Shown piece by piece: positions 14,111 to 29,833 of a stretch of 64,000 nt of DNA (positions within the stretch are counted from its first letter, which is position 1; every line of letters begins with the position of its first letter). The translations under genes and the position numbers were made by a program. The notes beneath the pieces are model-generated. The model searched no databases. It saw nothing but the letters and a program-made list of their open reading frames with translations, and was not told the origin of the DNA. This DNA comes from Eledone cirrhosa (Eukaryota). Location of the stretch: contig OZ024742.1 in assembly GCA_964016885.1 (NCBI GenBank), positions 123,070,001 to 123,134,000 on the forward strand, written 5' to 3'.

Positions 14111-14419
14111 ATATATATACACGTTAGAAGTTAGAAGGCCAGAACAATGTAGGTGTGGAGATAGAATATAAATGTAAAAGATAACGCTGACAATTAGTCT
14201 TTTACCTTAATTTATTCATATATCCTGATATTTCGAGATAATATCTCTTCGTCTGAGGAAACTAAAGGGGTTCATCCAGTTCCGAAGTGGGTTGCTAAGT
14301 CATGCTGACCGGAAGTAGTATAGAATACTATTCTACTTCTAATGTCAAAAAGTGGATGTTTGGGCAGGTCAAGAGGTTAAAGAATTGTCTCCCTTTAAAG
14401 GGTTTGGACATGTATGTCT

Positions 14420-14465
<46 letters not shown>

Positions 14466-16927
14466 ATACGTAAACGTGTAAGCATGCGTGCGCGTATGTG
14501 TGTATATATATAATGCTAATTTCTGGCAAAAATGTTGGTGACGATGAAAGTACATCGAACCGGTCCCACTCTATTTAACCATAATACGTTATCAAGTAAG
14601 AAGTTTTATTATTTCTATATATATAACTGCTGATTATGTTGTTGAGTGGCACTTTGATAAAATAAGTGATTCAACTTCTACACGAAGAGCTTTTCACTTT
14701 TTGTGCCATTTATTTGCAAATATGTTTATATTATGCTCTCTTCGTGGCTTAAGATTTATCTATGTCATGCAAATTAATCAATCGAAAAATAGAGATCGAT
14801 AACATAAGAACCACACAGAAATAAATACGGAAACGATCTGACTCTCTAAACGCCACACGCTGGTGTCCAAGCTTTGTCATTGTCTAACGATTCAAAGAAA
14901 TTATTGCGTAAAAGAATATTGTAAATTAAACTAAAATAAAATATATATTTCATTCTTTTTTGTGTGATTATATACGACATAATTCAGTATGATTGCTTAT
15001 GCTTTATATGATTATATGAGTAAAAGGAGCGGGTAAGTGTATTATGCGGTATTGTAAAGTTAGCTAATTCTTATGTGTTAGATTCGAAATCAGATACCAG
15101 GTTACGTTCTCTAAATATATGTATTTACATGGAAATGAATTACTTTCGTAAAACCTGAAGCAAAATCAATAGGAAGCTACCGGTCGACAAAGGGGTATAT
15201 TAATAGAAACTACAAAATATAGTTTGAAATGAAAAAATAGAGATTTTATTGCGCTAAATAGAGTAATATTTAAGGTAAGCATAACTGGGATCAATAGGTA
15301 GCTAGCAAATATTGAAACTATTCTTATAAATCATCGGCATTATCCGCCCTTTCTTAGCTACGTAAACAATTAGATCGTTTGAAAAATTGAAACCTTTGCT
15401 CGGCTATCATATTTGTTCCTGTATTTTGTTTATTCTGTTTGGTCTTTCTATTATTTGTAGCATCATATGCCACACCACTGCACATTGCTCACCAACAAAT
15501 TGCCGCATTTTACAGTTATTCACATCTGTCTCATCCACATTTCATGAGTAAATTTGTCTGAATAAATTTATACATTACACACGTCGCAGAAGTATAATAA
15601 TTCAGAGTTAAGTTCTATGACAGGCATAAAACTCTGAACTATGTGTAATACAACTTGAAGAATTACTCTTTGAAAGGTTCATAGTTCACTGGATAGTTCT
15701 TAAAATGACGGAGAGGTTGTTTTATTTCTTATATTTCTTCTTTGGCAGGGTAGCCCGATATGTGACTGACAATATTTCTATTTCTTACGTTATAGATGCC
15801 TGTCTTCGTAAAATAGTCGATATCTGCAGTTATTAGTTTCCATGACGGTAACTCTTAGTGAGCAAATCATCCACAAAAATATTTCCCGATAACTCATTAA
15901 TTTAACGTTTTTGCTCTAGCGCACAGAGGAGAGAATGTGAATAATAAATATAAAAATAAAAGCTGAATTATCATTCTGCTTTTAATATCGATTTATTTTA
16001 ACTGAACATAAGGCCAGCATTTTAAACGGAGGAATAAAGTATAGTAAGTTTATGCTGCTTTGTTGAATGTAATTATATGAATGAAAACCAAAGCCGACAT
16101 TGGCGGGGTTCGAAATCAAACCTTTGATATTCGTCATTAGATGCAAGCATGCAGTGTCACGTAACTCCTGTGGGAGTCGTAGTGTCGCCGTATTGGCATA
16201 CGGCGTTTCTAAGGCATTTTTGAATAGCAGCTTTCTTCCAGAGAAGGATAGAGAGTAAGGGAATGGAAATGAGAAAGATATATAGGGAAGAATCAGCCCT
16301 AGTACTAGACTAGTCCATTTTTAGAGACCGCGAATAGATGAGAGACAAAGTCAACCTCGGTGGGATTTGAATTCAGAGAGCAGAGAGGAGACGAATAACG
16401 CAAATCATTCTAGCTGACGATCTAACGACTGTCCCAATTTCCCTCCTATACGGCATTAGATACAGATCTAAATGTATGCACTACTGTCTGAAACTTACAA
16501 TGAAACTTTACCTATCATTAATATGAAATTTTATAGAATAACTCAATAAGATAACTCTGATGAAGAGTGATAAATTTGACTGTTAGTACCAAGTTCGTGT
16601 GGTACATGTGTGATATTAATTTTATCGATCCCGGTAGAATGCAAAGCAATGACGTCTCCCTTGGTATTTAATTTCAGATAGTAGGGGGAATATTCCAACG
16701 TATTTCTATCAGTGCTCCACTACATATGTCACTCTAAATATCTAGTCCTGTTATTATGATAGTTAAAAAGACAATGGAGCGGAACAAATGCTATAGCACC
16801 GGAATAAATATGTAAATCCTATCAATTTTTAACGCAGAACTAACGTACAAAAAGACATGCAGATAATCATACATGCATTCATATATACATATACGCGCAC
16901 ATACAGGCATACGTACACACAACCATC

Positions 16928-16995
16928 CATCTATCCATACATACATACATACATACATACATACATACATACATACATACATACATACATACATG
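16928..16995. repeat. (CATA)n microsatellite
   Basis: Direct reading. Confidence 0.95.
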
Positions 16996-17308
16996 CATAC
17001 ATGTATAGATAAATACATACATGTGTTATTTAGTCTAACATGGAATTACGGTATTTGTTTAGGTTCTTAAAGCTATGCACTCAAATGCCACCAAACTGTA
17101 TTTTGCGATACAGCATTTCGCGGCTGAGGAAGAAAGTAATAATGTCAGGCGAAATATTTAGCCTATCAGATGTAATACTACGTTGTACCTAATTACGCTC
17201 TTAGCATTCAGGGTTCCAATTGTGCATCCTGTAACAGGGTAAACACTGGCAGGGGATTAAAACATCATAGAAATTTATGAGATGCAACTTTATAGGAGGT
17301 TGGTTGTG

Positions 17309-17380
<72 letters not shown>

Positions 17381-17490
17381 TGTGATCGCGTGTGTGTGCG
17401 CGCGTGCGCGGAAAGTAAACGGGAAAATACACTACAGGCGATGATGTATAAGGGAGATATATATTAGTTTAACGTTTAATATAGTAGGAC

Positions 17491-17530
17491 AAGTCTTAGC
17501 GTTTCGAAAGCTAGTGCTTCATCAGAAAAT
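17491..17530 (-). ncRNA. Degenerate minimal hammerhead
   Basis: tttt-CTGATGA-agc acta gct ttc-GAAA-cgc-TA-agac; stems I and III are poor. Confidence 0.45.
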
Positions 17531-17575
17531 AGAATAAGAAATTAAAGAAGAAATAGAAAGAAATGTATGCTTGAA

Positions 17576-17668
<93 letters not shown>

Positions 17669-18129
17669 GCGCGTTTGTGTGTGTGCGTTTGTGTGTGTGC
17701 GTGTGTGTGTGTATCTATTAGCCTGTGTTTCGCTATATGGGAGATAGTATTTCATGTTTATACATAAATACGTAATTAAATATATGTATGTAAGTTTGAG
17801 CAAGTGTCTGGAGATACTTTTGTACCATTCATATTATCTAAAGATATTCACACAATGTCCTCTATTGTATTGAAGTCTATACATTCGAGTGTATTGAACT
17901 TTCTCTTTGAATCACTATGGAATTGATAATTTTTTTTATCCTCTATATGGTTTATTTCTACATTGTAACATATTTCTTGATTTACAGAAAAATGTATTTA
18001 AAATAATAAAGAAATGAGAATAGAAGAAAAGGGAAAGAGATAAAATGAAAGAAGAAATCGAACATCTAATGGAAGGGAAGAAAGTGGTGGGGGCGAAACA
18101 CTCTACACTACAAACTGTGCCCTGCAGAC

Positions 18130-18420
18130 ACTATGACGAAGGCATTGCCAAGGTGAACGGCCAGCAACACCCACTGAAGCAGCGATTCCGCCTCACAGGC
18201 ATCCTACCTTAGGCGAGTAGCCATTTTTCCGATTTTGCAAAGGAAGAGGACAGTTTGAAGACCTATGATACCTGAAGTGTCGACAGCAATCAGCGTGAAA
18301 AGGAAGCGGTCAGTCAACCCCGGTATTTGGCAATTTTCCTATACACCTTACTGAATGTGGCAGTCCCTGGGATTGTGGTCAAAGCAGATAATAAAATAAG
18401 AATGATAATAGATAATAACG
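18130..18420 (+). mobile_element. Decayed RTE-like LINE 3' end
   Basis: IAKVNGQQHPLKQ...DSLKTYDT*SVDSNQREKEA resembles the RTE C-terminus (PKQ...KDSLK...ID...WE..A); ends in an ATA-rich tail. Confidence 0.4.
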
Positions 18421-19560
18421 ACTGCCCAGCTTATCCAAACATTTATGTATCTTTCTAAATTATGATTTAGAATATATTCCAATACGTAGCATATATTATA
18501 TAATGTTGATATGCCGTGGAGTATTTGATTTGAAATAAAGCTACATCATTTTTTAATCTCATGAATGAATCCATGTAGTGCGTGCATATATTCGTTTTCT
18601 GTATTTTTAAGCCCTTATGAAACAAATAAATCTTGTTCGACTCTAAAAACAAAATATATACTTGCTAATTTCACATAGCCACATCTAAGTAATAGAACCT
18701 GGCCACCACAGAAATTTATAAGATTTTAGCTATTCGAATTTAGAATTTCTGAACTCCTCATGAGTATTTTTTCTTTTAGTTTTCACTTTTTCCCTTTTGA
18801 TTCGAATATATCATGCTTCAAATAACTCAGTTTCTCATTCAGAAAAAATGAATATATTTCAAAATACACCGCTCCAACCTACTGAAAAATCATTATTTAC
18901 TAAGCTCAAAATTATGAGATAATTGTTTAGAAAATTACAAACACTATACATATAATCAAACGTTTACAAAATACAAAACAAAAGTGAAATTATGGAAGTG
19001 TGCCTGTTGGGGTAGTCATGATAACAAAATATTGACAATACTTCAGAACAATGCAGTTTTGCTGCAGTTAGTGTAAATTCTGCCATAGCCTCAGTTCAAC
19101 CAAAATCATATGAATTATATTTGGTTCTCGAAAAGTTTAAGATTCGTATTCTTGGCTTATATACTTATTCCGTGTCACGGTTTAACGCAACAATGTAGTC
19201 CCTGGAAGATTTGAACAGGATCCAAAGATTTCGAATAGAAAACCTAAAAGTAATAGATCCTGTGACTGAATTAACAAAAATATCTATATAATGTTTGTTC
19301 TAAGCCGGAGTCACATCAGGCTGGTTCTTATCTCCGATTTCCTTCAAGTTAAGCGACTGAGAGTACAATAATTTCCATGGATAAGACGCTGGTCTATCGG
19401 AGGATTAACTCCCCAAATATTGCTGGTTCTCATTTACAGCTGGATGTACTGGAGCAACAGAAAATGAAGTGTTTTGCTGAAGAACACAACGCCCAACCCA
19501 GGCTATGAATCTAGCCGACGACATTACTATTGTACGATAAGCAACCTAACATATTAGTAT

Positions 19561-20177
19561 ATGCGGCCTAAAATAATTATTTCTACTATAGGCACAAGGT
19601 CAGCAATTTGGAGGGGGGAGGAAAAAGTCGATTAAATCGACCCCAGTGCATTACTGGGTCACTATTTCATCGACCACGTAAGGATGAAAGTCAAAGCAAA
19701 CCTCGGCGGGATTTGAAATCAGAACGCAAAGGAGCGTAACTCTATGCTGTAAAGCATGGTACCCGACGCTCTACCGATATTGCAATTCCACCGCCCTTAA
19801 TGCGGCCTAAAATAATTGTTCTACCTTTGGCACAAGGCCGGCAAATACCCAGTACATTACTGGTACTTTATTTTATCGACCCCGTAAGGATGAAAGGCAA
19901 AGTTAACCTCGGCGGGATTTGAACTCAGATCATAAAGGGACGTAACTCTATGCTTCAAAGCATGGTGTCCGACTCTCCACTGATACTGCCAATCCATCTG
20001 ATTTCTAGTATAGGCAGAAGGCTAGTTATTTGGGGGAGTGGAAAGTCCATTAAATCGACACCAGTACGTTACTGGTACTTTATTCTATCTACCCCTTAAG
20101 GATGAAAGGTAAAGTTAACCCCAGCGGGATTTGAACTCAGACTGCCAATCCACCTCCCTTATGCGGCCTAAAATAAT
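19561..20177 (-). mobile_element. Tandem cluster of three SINE-A copies
   Basis: Three cores; atgcggcctaaaataat occurs at 19561, 19800 and 20161. Confidence 0.85.
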
Positions 20178-21079
20178 GAACTTGATACAATATGCTACCG
20201 CTGCCTCTCGTATTTTACATATGTATGTTTGTATATATGTGCATGTACGTATGAGGGTATGAGACTGTGTGTGTATGAGTATGTGTATTTAGTATGGGTG
20301 TATGTTTGTATAATTCTGAAAATATACATGCTGCAGACTCGTTTGTGTGTGTGTATGTGTGTGTGTGTTTCTGTGTGTTTTTGTGGGGTTCATTTTGTGA
20401 CTATTAAAATTGAGTCTGATATATTCTAACGTTATGAAACTTATCAAAACGTACAACTGCTCAAGAGCAGAGATAACCACGTCTATTGAAAATGAACGAC
20501 GAGATTCTTTAATATTAACTGCCTAGTATAGTATATACTCAGCTTGGGCTCCCACTAAAAATAATATAAGAAAGCCACCAAACTGAATATATAATGATTA
20601 AACATCTAGTAAACACTTCATAATAAAATTTACGGATTTGTTTTACATATATTCTTTCAATAATAAAGTAACATCAAATTTTCGTACAATTTTTTCTTGT
20701 TTTTTTCTCTCTAATTCAACTAATTAACGAATTCTAATTCAATGCAGTAAATACTGAAAAAGATATTGGAAATATTTTTGTATTGTTTAAGAAAGAATTT
20801 TATCCCAGAAAAAGAAATATCTCTCGCTTTCCACACCGTTCATCCGCGAAAGTCAATAAATCCACAAATGAATTACTGATTTTTAAAATTGAAAGAAGAC
20901 AAATTATTGTATTTAAATATATGAGATATTTAAATAAATATTATAGACATTATGTTCCTAACTATATATGTGTGAATGAATACAAGAAACAAAACCATAT
21001 CTATTTGGGCATGCATACGCATATACGCGCACACGCACATTAACAAAATCACATGCATATATCTGTGTTTGTCCGTGTG

Positions 21080-21083
<4 letters not shown>

Positions 21084-21161
<78 letters not shown>

Positions 21162-21258
21162 AATATATATACATATATATATATATATACATATATATAT
21201 ACATATACATATATATATACATACATATATATATACATATACATATATATATACATAC

Positions 21259-21346
<88 letters not shown>

Positions 21347-21361
21347 GTATACATGCATGTA

Positions 21362-21393
<32 letters not shown>

Positions 21394-21415
21394 CATATGT
21401 ATATATATATATATG
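21084..21415. repeat. Long interrupted (TA)n microsatellite
   Basis: Direct reading. Confidence 0.95.
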
Positions 21416-22326
21416 TGTGTGTGTATGTATACATAGGGAGAGAGTGTGTGTGAGTGTGTGTGGATGTGCCCTGTGTGTGTGTGTGCGCGCTCGCGCGCGC
21501 GCGCGTGTGTGTGTGTGTACATGTGTGTGCGTTCAGGAAATGATTGCGATGTTTTAAAATAAGTTTTTAGAACTAAAAGTACATAACTATTTATGTTCTG
21601 TCTTTTATAGTTTGTTTCTTTTCACCTTGCGCACGACATTCACATTTCATATATACACGGTTCATATGAAGAAAAAATCATTTATTTCTAATTACATTCC
21701 ATTTGCTCTTACTACATACACACATACATGTATATACATACAAACATACACACATACATATATATGTTTGTGCGTTTTATTGCAAAAGCTAACCCGTGTG
21801 TATAAATACACACACACACGCACACACATACATACATATATATATGAGGTGGGGGAGAAAGAGATTGGATGAGTAGAGACAAGGGAAAGGAATGCAAAGC
21901 AAGTAAGTTATTGTTAGAATATAATTTCTTTTCTTCCACAAACTAACTTCACTAGTGTTAATTGGACAATTGTTTTAACGAATCTATTTCCTATAGTATT
22001 TCGTTCTTTATTTTTTTCATTTTCATTTCCTGGCAATCCTATTGTGATACAATAAATATATGTTTGGAGGGGGAGCTTTTTTTTTCTCCAAATTTTGACT
22101 TTTTTATTCTCTAATTAACGCATTTAAATAAACATATTTTTCAAATATGTAATGTAAAAAAATTTCTTATACTCATATCAAATTTTAACACCTCAATTAT
22201 TTTTCAATTTCAAATAATTAAAAGTCTTTCTTTGTGTAAGTTTTCTCCATCGTACACATGGAAAAATTATAAAGGCATTACGTTGTGTTCATTCCTTATT
22301 TCTCCATATCATTTATATATATATAT

Positions 22327-22390
<64 letters not shown>

Positions 22391-23291
22391 ATATATATAT
22401 ATATTTATATATATATATTATAAAACTTATTTTTGATAGTTGTACACTATGCGTTGTAATTCTTAGATTCTTAAAACAGTGGATTCAAGTTTTCTTTTGA
22501 TTTGCTTTCCTTTTGTGTAGATGTTACTACTTGAATATATTTAATTAATATAGTTGTTTGTGAATAGATGAATACACTGAGAGGTCAGTAGTGCATGATC
22601 TATCATCTGTACTGCTTTGGGTCTCAGAGGTAAACACTGGAAAATTAACAACAGAGTTCAGAGATACAAGAGGGTTACATTTTATTGCTGTAAGCACTTC
22701 GGGCCGTCAAATAAAACTTCCATAATATCATGAAATTATGTTGCTTATGAAAGATATTGCGACTATGTATATGTGTATGAATCACTATGTGTGTGCAGTT
22801 TTATGTATGTGCTTCAGTGAAGAAGAAATATCTTCAAAATAATACACTCTCTCCGGTCATTCCGTGAAAAAGAAATTAACTATCTACATTTAATATTTTA
22901 ACCCGATATTATTTTAATGTTCCTTTCATGCTAATGCGTTTCTGGGTATCCAGCGTCAGTCATTATATGTTGTCTAGCAACTCAGTATTGATTCTCAGAC
23001 TCTTCCACCATCTTTGTCTCTACCCCCATCTCTCTCTCCCCCTCTCTCTCTCTCCATTTCTCTCTCTATATATATAAGATAGTGTGTGTGTATATTTGAA
23101 AAAAGAGAAATCATGATTTCACTTGTAGTTCGTGTTCTAAACAATCTAATTTTATAATTTTACAATTTTACAATTTTGATATGTAGATCTTGTAAATTCT
23201 TTGTTAAGATCGTGGGAATATTTTCTCACAAATCCTGGTTAATTCTGAGGAGAAAGTTCTCGCATTCATCGTTGCTCTGGGTATATATATA

Positions 23292-23357
<66 letters not shown>

Positions 23358-23441
23358 GGAAGTGAGTTGTATTGTAGTACAATAAAATGCAGATATCAGA
23401 TAAGAAGCACTCTACAGTTTGTAGGACTGGAGTATACATAA

Positions 23442-23733
23442 TATATAAGATCAAAAGATGGTTAAATGAGTTCCATGTATTTTATTATGCGCATTTCAAA
23501 AGCAAATATCATCATGAAATAACATTTGTGTTTTCATCAGAGAAAATAGGAGGACATGGTATGAAGGTTAAAAACACTTGTGATTTAAAACTGCACTATC
23601 CACAAGTGTTTTTAACCTTCATATCATGTCCTCCTATTTTATCTGATGAAAACACAAATGTTATTGCATGATGATATTTTCTTTTGAAATGCGCATAATA
23701 AAATACATGGAACTCATTTAACCATCTTTTGAT

Positions 23734-23740
<7 letters not shown>
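23442..23740. mobile_element. Fold-back element (~140-bp arms) with a hammerhead on each arm, family E-related
   Basis: Inverted arms around 23585-23597; ends in (TA)n. Confidence 0.85.
23635..23705 (+). ncRNA. Type I hammerhead ribozyme
   Basis: tattttat-CTGATGA-aaa...aaatgtta...tgatattt...ttt-GAAA-tgcgca-TA-ataaaata; perfect 8-bp stem I; palindromic ATGCGCAT stem III. Confidence 0.85.
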
Positions 23741-23792
<52 letters not shown>

Positions 23793-23948
23793 GAACCAAC
23801 CTGACCAAAGGTGCGAAAGAAAAGAATTACGCACAGGTCAAACGGGAAGAAGGAGGAGGGGGAGAGGTAGTAACAGAGAGTGAGTGAGTGAAGGGTGAGG
23901 AAGAGCCTAACATATGTATATATATATATATATATATAAGCAAAGGGA

Positions 23949-24009
23949 TATTTTATCTGATGAGGGCGTACCAAAGTGTTGGTACCCTTGAAATATATAT
24001 AATAGAATA
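23949..24009 (+). ncRNA. Type I hammerhead ribozyme (family E)
   Basis: tattttat-CTGATGA-ggg c gtaccaa agtg ttggtac cct t-GAAA-tatata-TA-atagaata. Confidence 0.85.
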
Positions 24010-24074
24010 AATATGGTTTTATAAATATAGTTTCCATTTATTAATATCATTGTTATATATATATATATAAATAA

Positions 24075-24109
<35 letters not shown>

Positions 24110-24155
24110 GGTGTGGGGTGTATATATATATATATATATATATATGAGTGTGGGG

Positions 24156-25490
<1,335 letters not shown>

Positions 25491-25787
25491 TCACACGGTA
25501 AATATTTTCTGCATATAATAAATATATGATGTTTTTCCTAAAGTTTGTAATGCATTTGATCAAGGTCTGTGACAAAACATTTTTGACGTTTCTGTTAATA
25601 GTTTTGCCTATACTTTGACACGTTAGCACGCCCCCACCACCCCACACACAGACATGTGTATATATATATACTTATGAATAAATATATACATGTATATATA
25701 TATGCATATGTATAAATATATACACACATATATACGTATATATTTTTGTTATATATATATATAAATATATACATATGTATATACATG

Positions 25788-25818
<31 letters not shown>

Positions 25819-26221
25819 ATTTATATATGTGTGTGTGCATGTACGCCCATGTTCATGAATATGTATACATAAAGCAACACAAAAATTATGCTTGTTGTAG
25901 TGTAAAGATTTATTATCTCCTGTCTCCAGCAGCAATCAAATTAAGCGATTTTATATTAATTTCATTAGAGATTCTGAACAAATAAATATATACCCAGGAA
26001 GGTTATGATAAACAGTGAAATGGAAGATGTATGAAACATTATCTCTATAAATATTTACTTATTCATCTTAATCATATACAATGTGGTCGCATAGATAATG
26101 TTTCAAAATTCGAGTCTTTATACATGTATCTATATTATATATATATATTTATATATATGTGTGTGTGTGTGTGTCCGCGCGCGTGTGTGTACATGTATAA
26201 ATTCGAGTCGTTATACATGTA

Positions 26222-26343
<122 letters not shown>

Positions 26344-27794
26344 CCGTATGCATTTCACAGACGAGAGAAAAGAGTACACAATGCCAAAGTAGAGTTTAAA
26401 TATTCGATAATTATGACTAAATATTGTTACTCTGGAATTTCACCTACACATCACAGGCTCGTCAGAAAAAACTAATCTTTCAATAGGAGATGCAACACAA
26501 ATGGGGAAAGACTCTTCTGAGTCTCTCTTCATGTTTGCTGCCTCCAAAGTAACCAACCAAGACTCAGTATTTGGCGATTATATATCTATATAATCACATG
26601 TAACAAGTGTTTCATGAATCATGAATGAGCATCCTGCAGAGTTCAGCAATTGCATTCAAGTCGATTTACTTATTAACACAGTGGAGATGTCCATTTCTCT
26701 CGCGAAGGATATATTTTAAACTGAATCTACAGTCTCTCATTCTTCATATTACATCAATACCAAAGAAATGACGATAATTAGACTCAGAGGCTGTCACGTC
26801 TTCAGACGTATAAGGCAGCCAAATTGCTCCAATGACTAAGGTCAATTCATCTTGGGACGTCTTTTTCACCTCTAACCATGGAGGTGCCAATGCAGGACAC
26901 ATTTAGCATGTCTCTTATTTGGGAGTCGTGTGATGTGGCCCAACCAGCCATGTCAATGATTGCACATGATTTTAGATACAAGTTGCTGGTGTTAACACTG
27001 AATATCTGATTCCCGTTAAAGCAAATAATGCTCATCAGACGCTACCTACATTGATGAATTATCATTCATTTTCTGGCTATGTACATATATACAGGTTATT
27101 ACAAACGAAAGGAAGGAGCAATAAGCAAATAACGTGGAAGTTGTGAGTAATTATACGCTGATTTTAACTTACACCGCATTACGAATGGTTTCATGACAAA
27201 AGCGTCTCTATGTCATATTATACAGTGAAAAGTAAATATGATTAATGGAGTTTAGCTTCTTAATGTTACGGATTGCCATTATGGTGGTTCCGTTAATTTT
27301 ATTAAGACTGGTAGCATTTCCACTTTGATCTGTTGTTATTTCAATCTGTATGGCAGGCACACATGAAAACTAAACCAAGCCTCATATATTCGTTAGTCGA
27401 GATGCGTAACTACTAACTAGGCATACAATGATATTTGTAATACTGGAACGTTGACTGATAGACTTATATTTTCTTCTGCATTTATTATACATATGGTGCA
27501 TTTCTGTGTTTACTATTTTATTGTAATTAAACAATAAACTATCCAATTTTAGGTTTATTTTCATTTTAAAAAGAATTTCTTTGAAGTGGTTTCATTATAT
27601 TATGAGTTTCATCATATCATGTCCTTTCATAGTATATGGTAACCTTTTGAGACGTTAATAAATGAAGCGAAGCAATACACCATATGAGGCATGGATGTGA
27701 TTTAGAGACAGAAAATATGAATGGAAAGTAACGAAAATTCTATAGATAATGAACACAAACACAAGAAAATGGGGTCCCACGTGCTGGCCTCCCC

Positions 27795-27987
27795 ACAACC
27801 CCGGCGGACAGAATGTAGAAGCCGTTTCCCGGAGGATGGTAAGGGAGTTGTGCTGGAAGAGTCATTCCAACTTGCGAGGCTCACACCTGCACTTGACCAC
27901 CTCAGCGCCTATGATGGTGAATAGGAAGGTAGCCCTAGGGCCACCAGAAGTCTCCACTGCCAAGGGCACGACTGCAAACCTATATGC
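27795..27987 (-). pseudogene. CRE-clade non-LTR retrotransposon, restriction-like endonuclease C-terminal fragment
   Basis: YRFAVVPLAVETSGGPRATFLFTIIG...EPRKLE*LFQHNSLTILR matches the CRE pattern P.AVETSG..GP.A...EPR...WLFQ..S..I.RGN. Confidence 0.7.
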
Positions 27988-28685
27988 GACAACAGTGTTA
28001 TAGATGCATATCACCATTGGTCCAACTATGTATTAATGTTGCAGTAATATAATAATAGCTTAACAATCATATACAGCCAGTTGTGAAATAGTGTAGCGAA
28101 AATGAACAATAGGAAAATAGCAGTGGTGCAATAACGGCAGTAGCTTTGCACCTGTATAATGATAGTTTTACGATAATCTAGAATCACTGGTGTAGCTGTA
28201 TTATAATAGTAGTGTCCGAAACATTTAATGCCCATGCTCAGAAACAATTCTAAGTTTGTACTGCAACAGTAGTGCAAACACGTAGTTACCATGCTTCAAT
28301 TGTGTTGCTTTTAGTGTTGCAGCAATGTGGTAGTAATATTATGTAATACTATAGGAACAGTTTTAGGGTAACAGTTTTTGTTCTGGTCATTCAATACTTC
28401 AATAATATACATTAAGTCTACAGACGTAAGAGCAATTTGACACATCCTGCCTCGAATCCGTAGGCTCATTCGGCCTGTACCTATCCCGTTTTCCGTGTAG
28501 TTAAGGGACTGAGAGTACAAAATTGCCCCTGGATAGGATGCCTGTTCATTGATGGTTTAAACATATAGCTATTGCTAATACTCATTTATAGCTGGGTATA
28601 CTGGAGCAACATGAAATGAAGTGTTTTGTTGAAGAACACAACACACAAGCCTAAATATATTTTCCGTGCTATTTCCAATTTCATA

Positions 28686-28751
<66 letters not shown>

Positions 28752-28859
28752 ATATATATATATATATATATTCACACACATTTATCCGAAAGTATAACAA
28801 TATCTTTTTCAACACACGTTTTCAGATCAGAGATCTTGCAAAACAAATTCAAAAACGAA

Positions 28860-28913
<54 letters not shown>

Positions 28914-29075
28914 AATGAATAATAACAGGTAGACATCATAAAAAGGTAATTTATTCCGTGTGCTTACAAATGTTTCCATGGTGGTACTACTATAATGATC
29001 GTTCAATTATATCGTTAAGTAGTTTGTTTTTAGATTTTAATATGTAAAAGAGTTCAAGGTTACATAACCTGCAGT

Positions 29076-29231
29076 GCATATCGGAGTGGATTGAAGTACT
29101 GCAGGTTATGTAACCTTGAACTCTTTTACATATTAAAATCCAAAAACAAACTACTTAACGATAGAATTGAACGATCATTATACTGCAACCACAAACTAAA
29201 AGCTAAATTCTCTCACTATAAAATAACTTAA
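29076..29231 (+). pseudogene. PLE GIY-YIG endonuclease C-terminus
   Basis: AYRSGLKYCRLCNLELFYILKSKNKLLNDRIERSLYCNHKLKAKFSHYKIT*; same C..C..E...LN...E...C.H pattern as 13055-13150. Confidence 0.8.
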
Positions 29232-29721
29232 CATTCGAACCCGTAACTATAACATCACTTTCTAGCTAACCACCTTCTCTTCCCCCACACTGCAAGACAA
29301 TACACTGCTTATCACTATAAATGGTAACTCAGTGCAATTCGCTGATTACTACTACAAACCCAAAGTTCACTCACCACATACACTTTGTCTGTCCCCTCTC
29401 TACCTCTCTCTCTACATTCATTACACTCTCTCTCTCTCTCTCGCCTTTGGCCTACCTCCCTCTCCACATCTATGAACCTGCCCTCTGGGGTAATAAATAA
29501 TTCCGACCTTAACTATCAACGCATCTCTCCAAAAGTAACCAGTATAATAAAACCCCTACCATAACATTTTGATTAAGATATCTACAAAACACTCTCTCCT
29601 ACTTCTCCAACCCCTGCATATCTTTCTCTCTCTCTCCCCTACCTTTTTCTCTCTTCCTTTTCTACTCTATCTTCCTCAACAACCCCACTTAAGGGTATTT
29701 ACATGGTACATTTTACAATTC

Positions 29722-29833
29722 TGCTCTGAGGATACAGTGGTCACAGCATTGGATATTTGAGTTCTGCAAATAGTTGTAAATTTGCACATAGCATAACTAG
29801 GCTGTAGTACCAGCGTGGAAACATTTGTAAGCA
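29722..29833 (+). ncRNA. Type I hammerhead with an ~85-nt stem II insert
   Basis: tgct-CTGAGGA-tac agtggt cacagc...gctgt agtacca gcgtg-GAAA-catttg-TA-agca. Confidence 0.65.
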
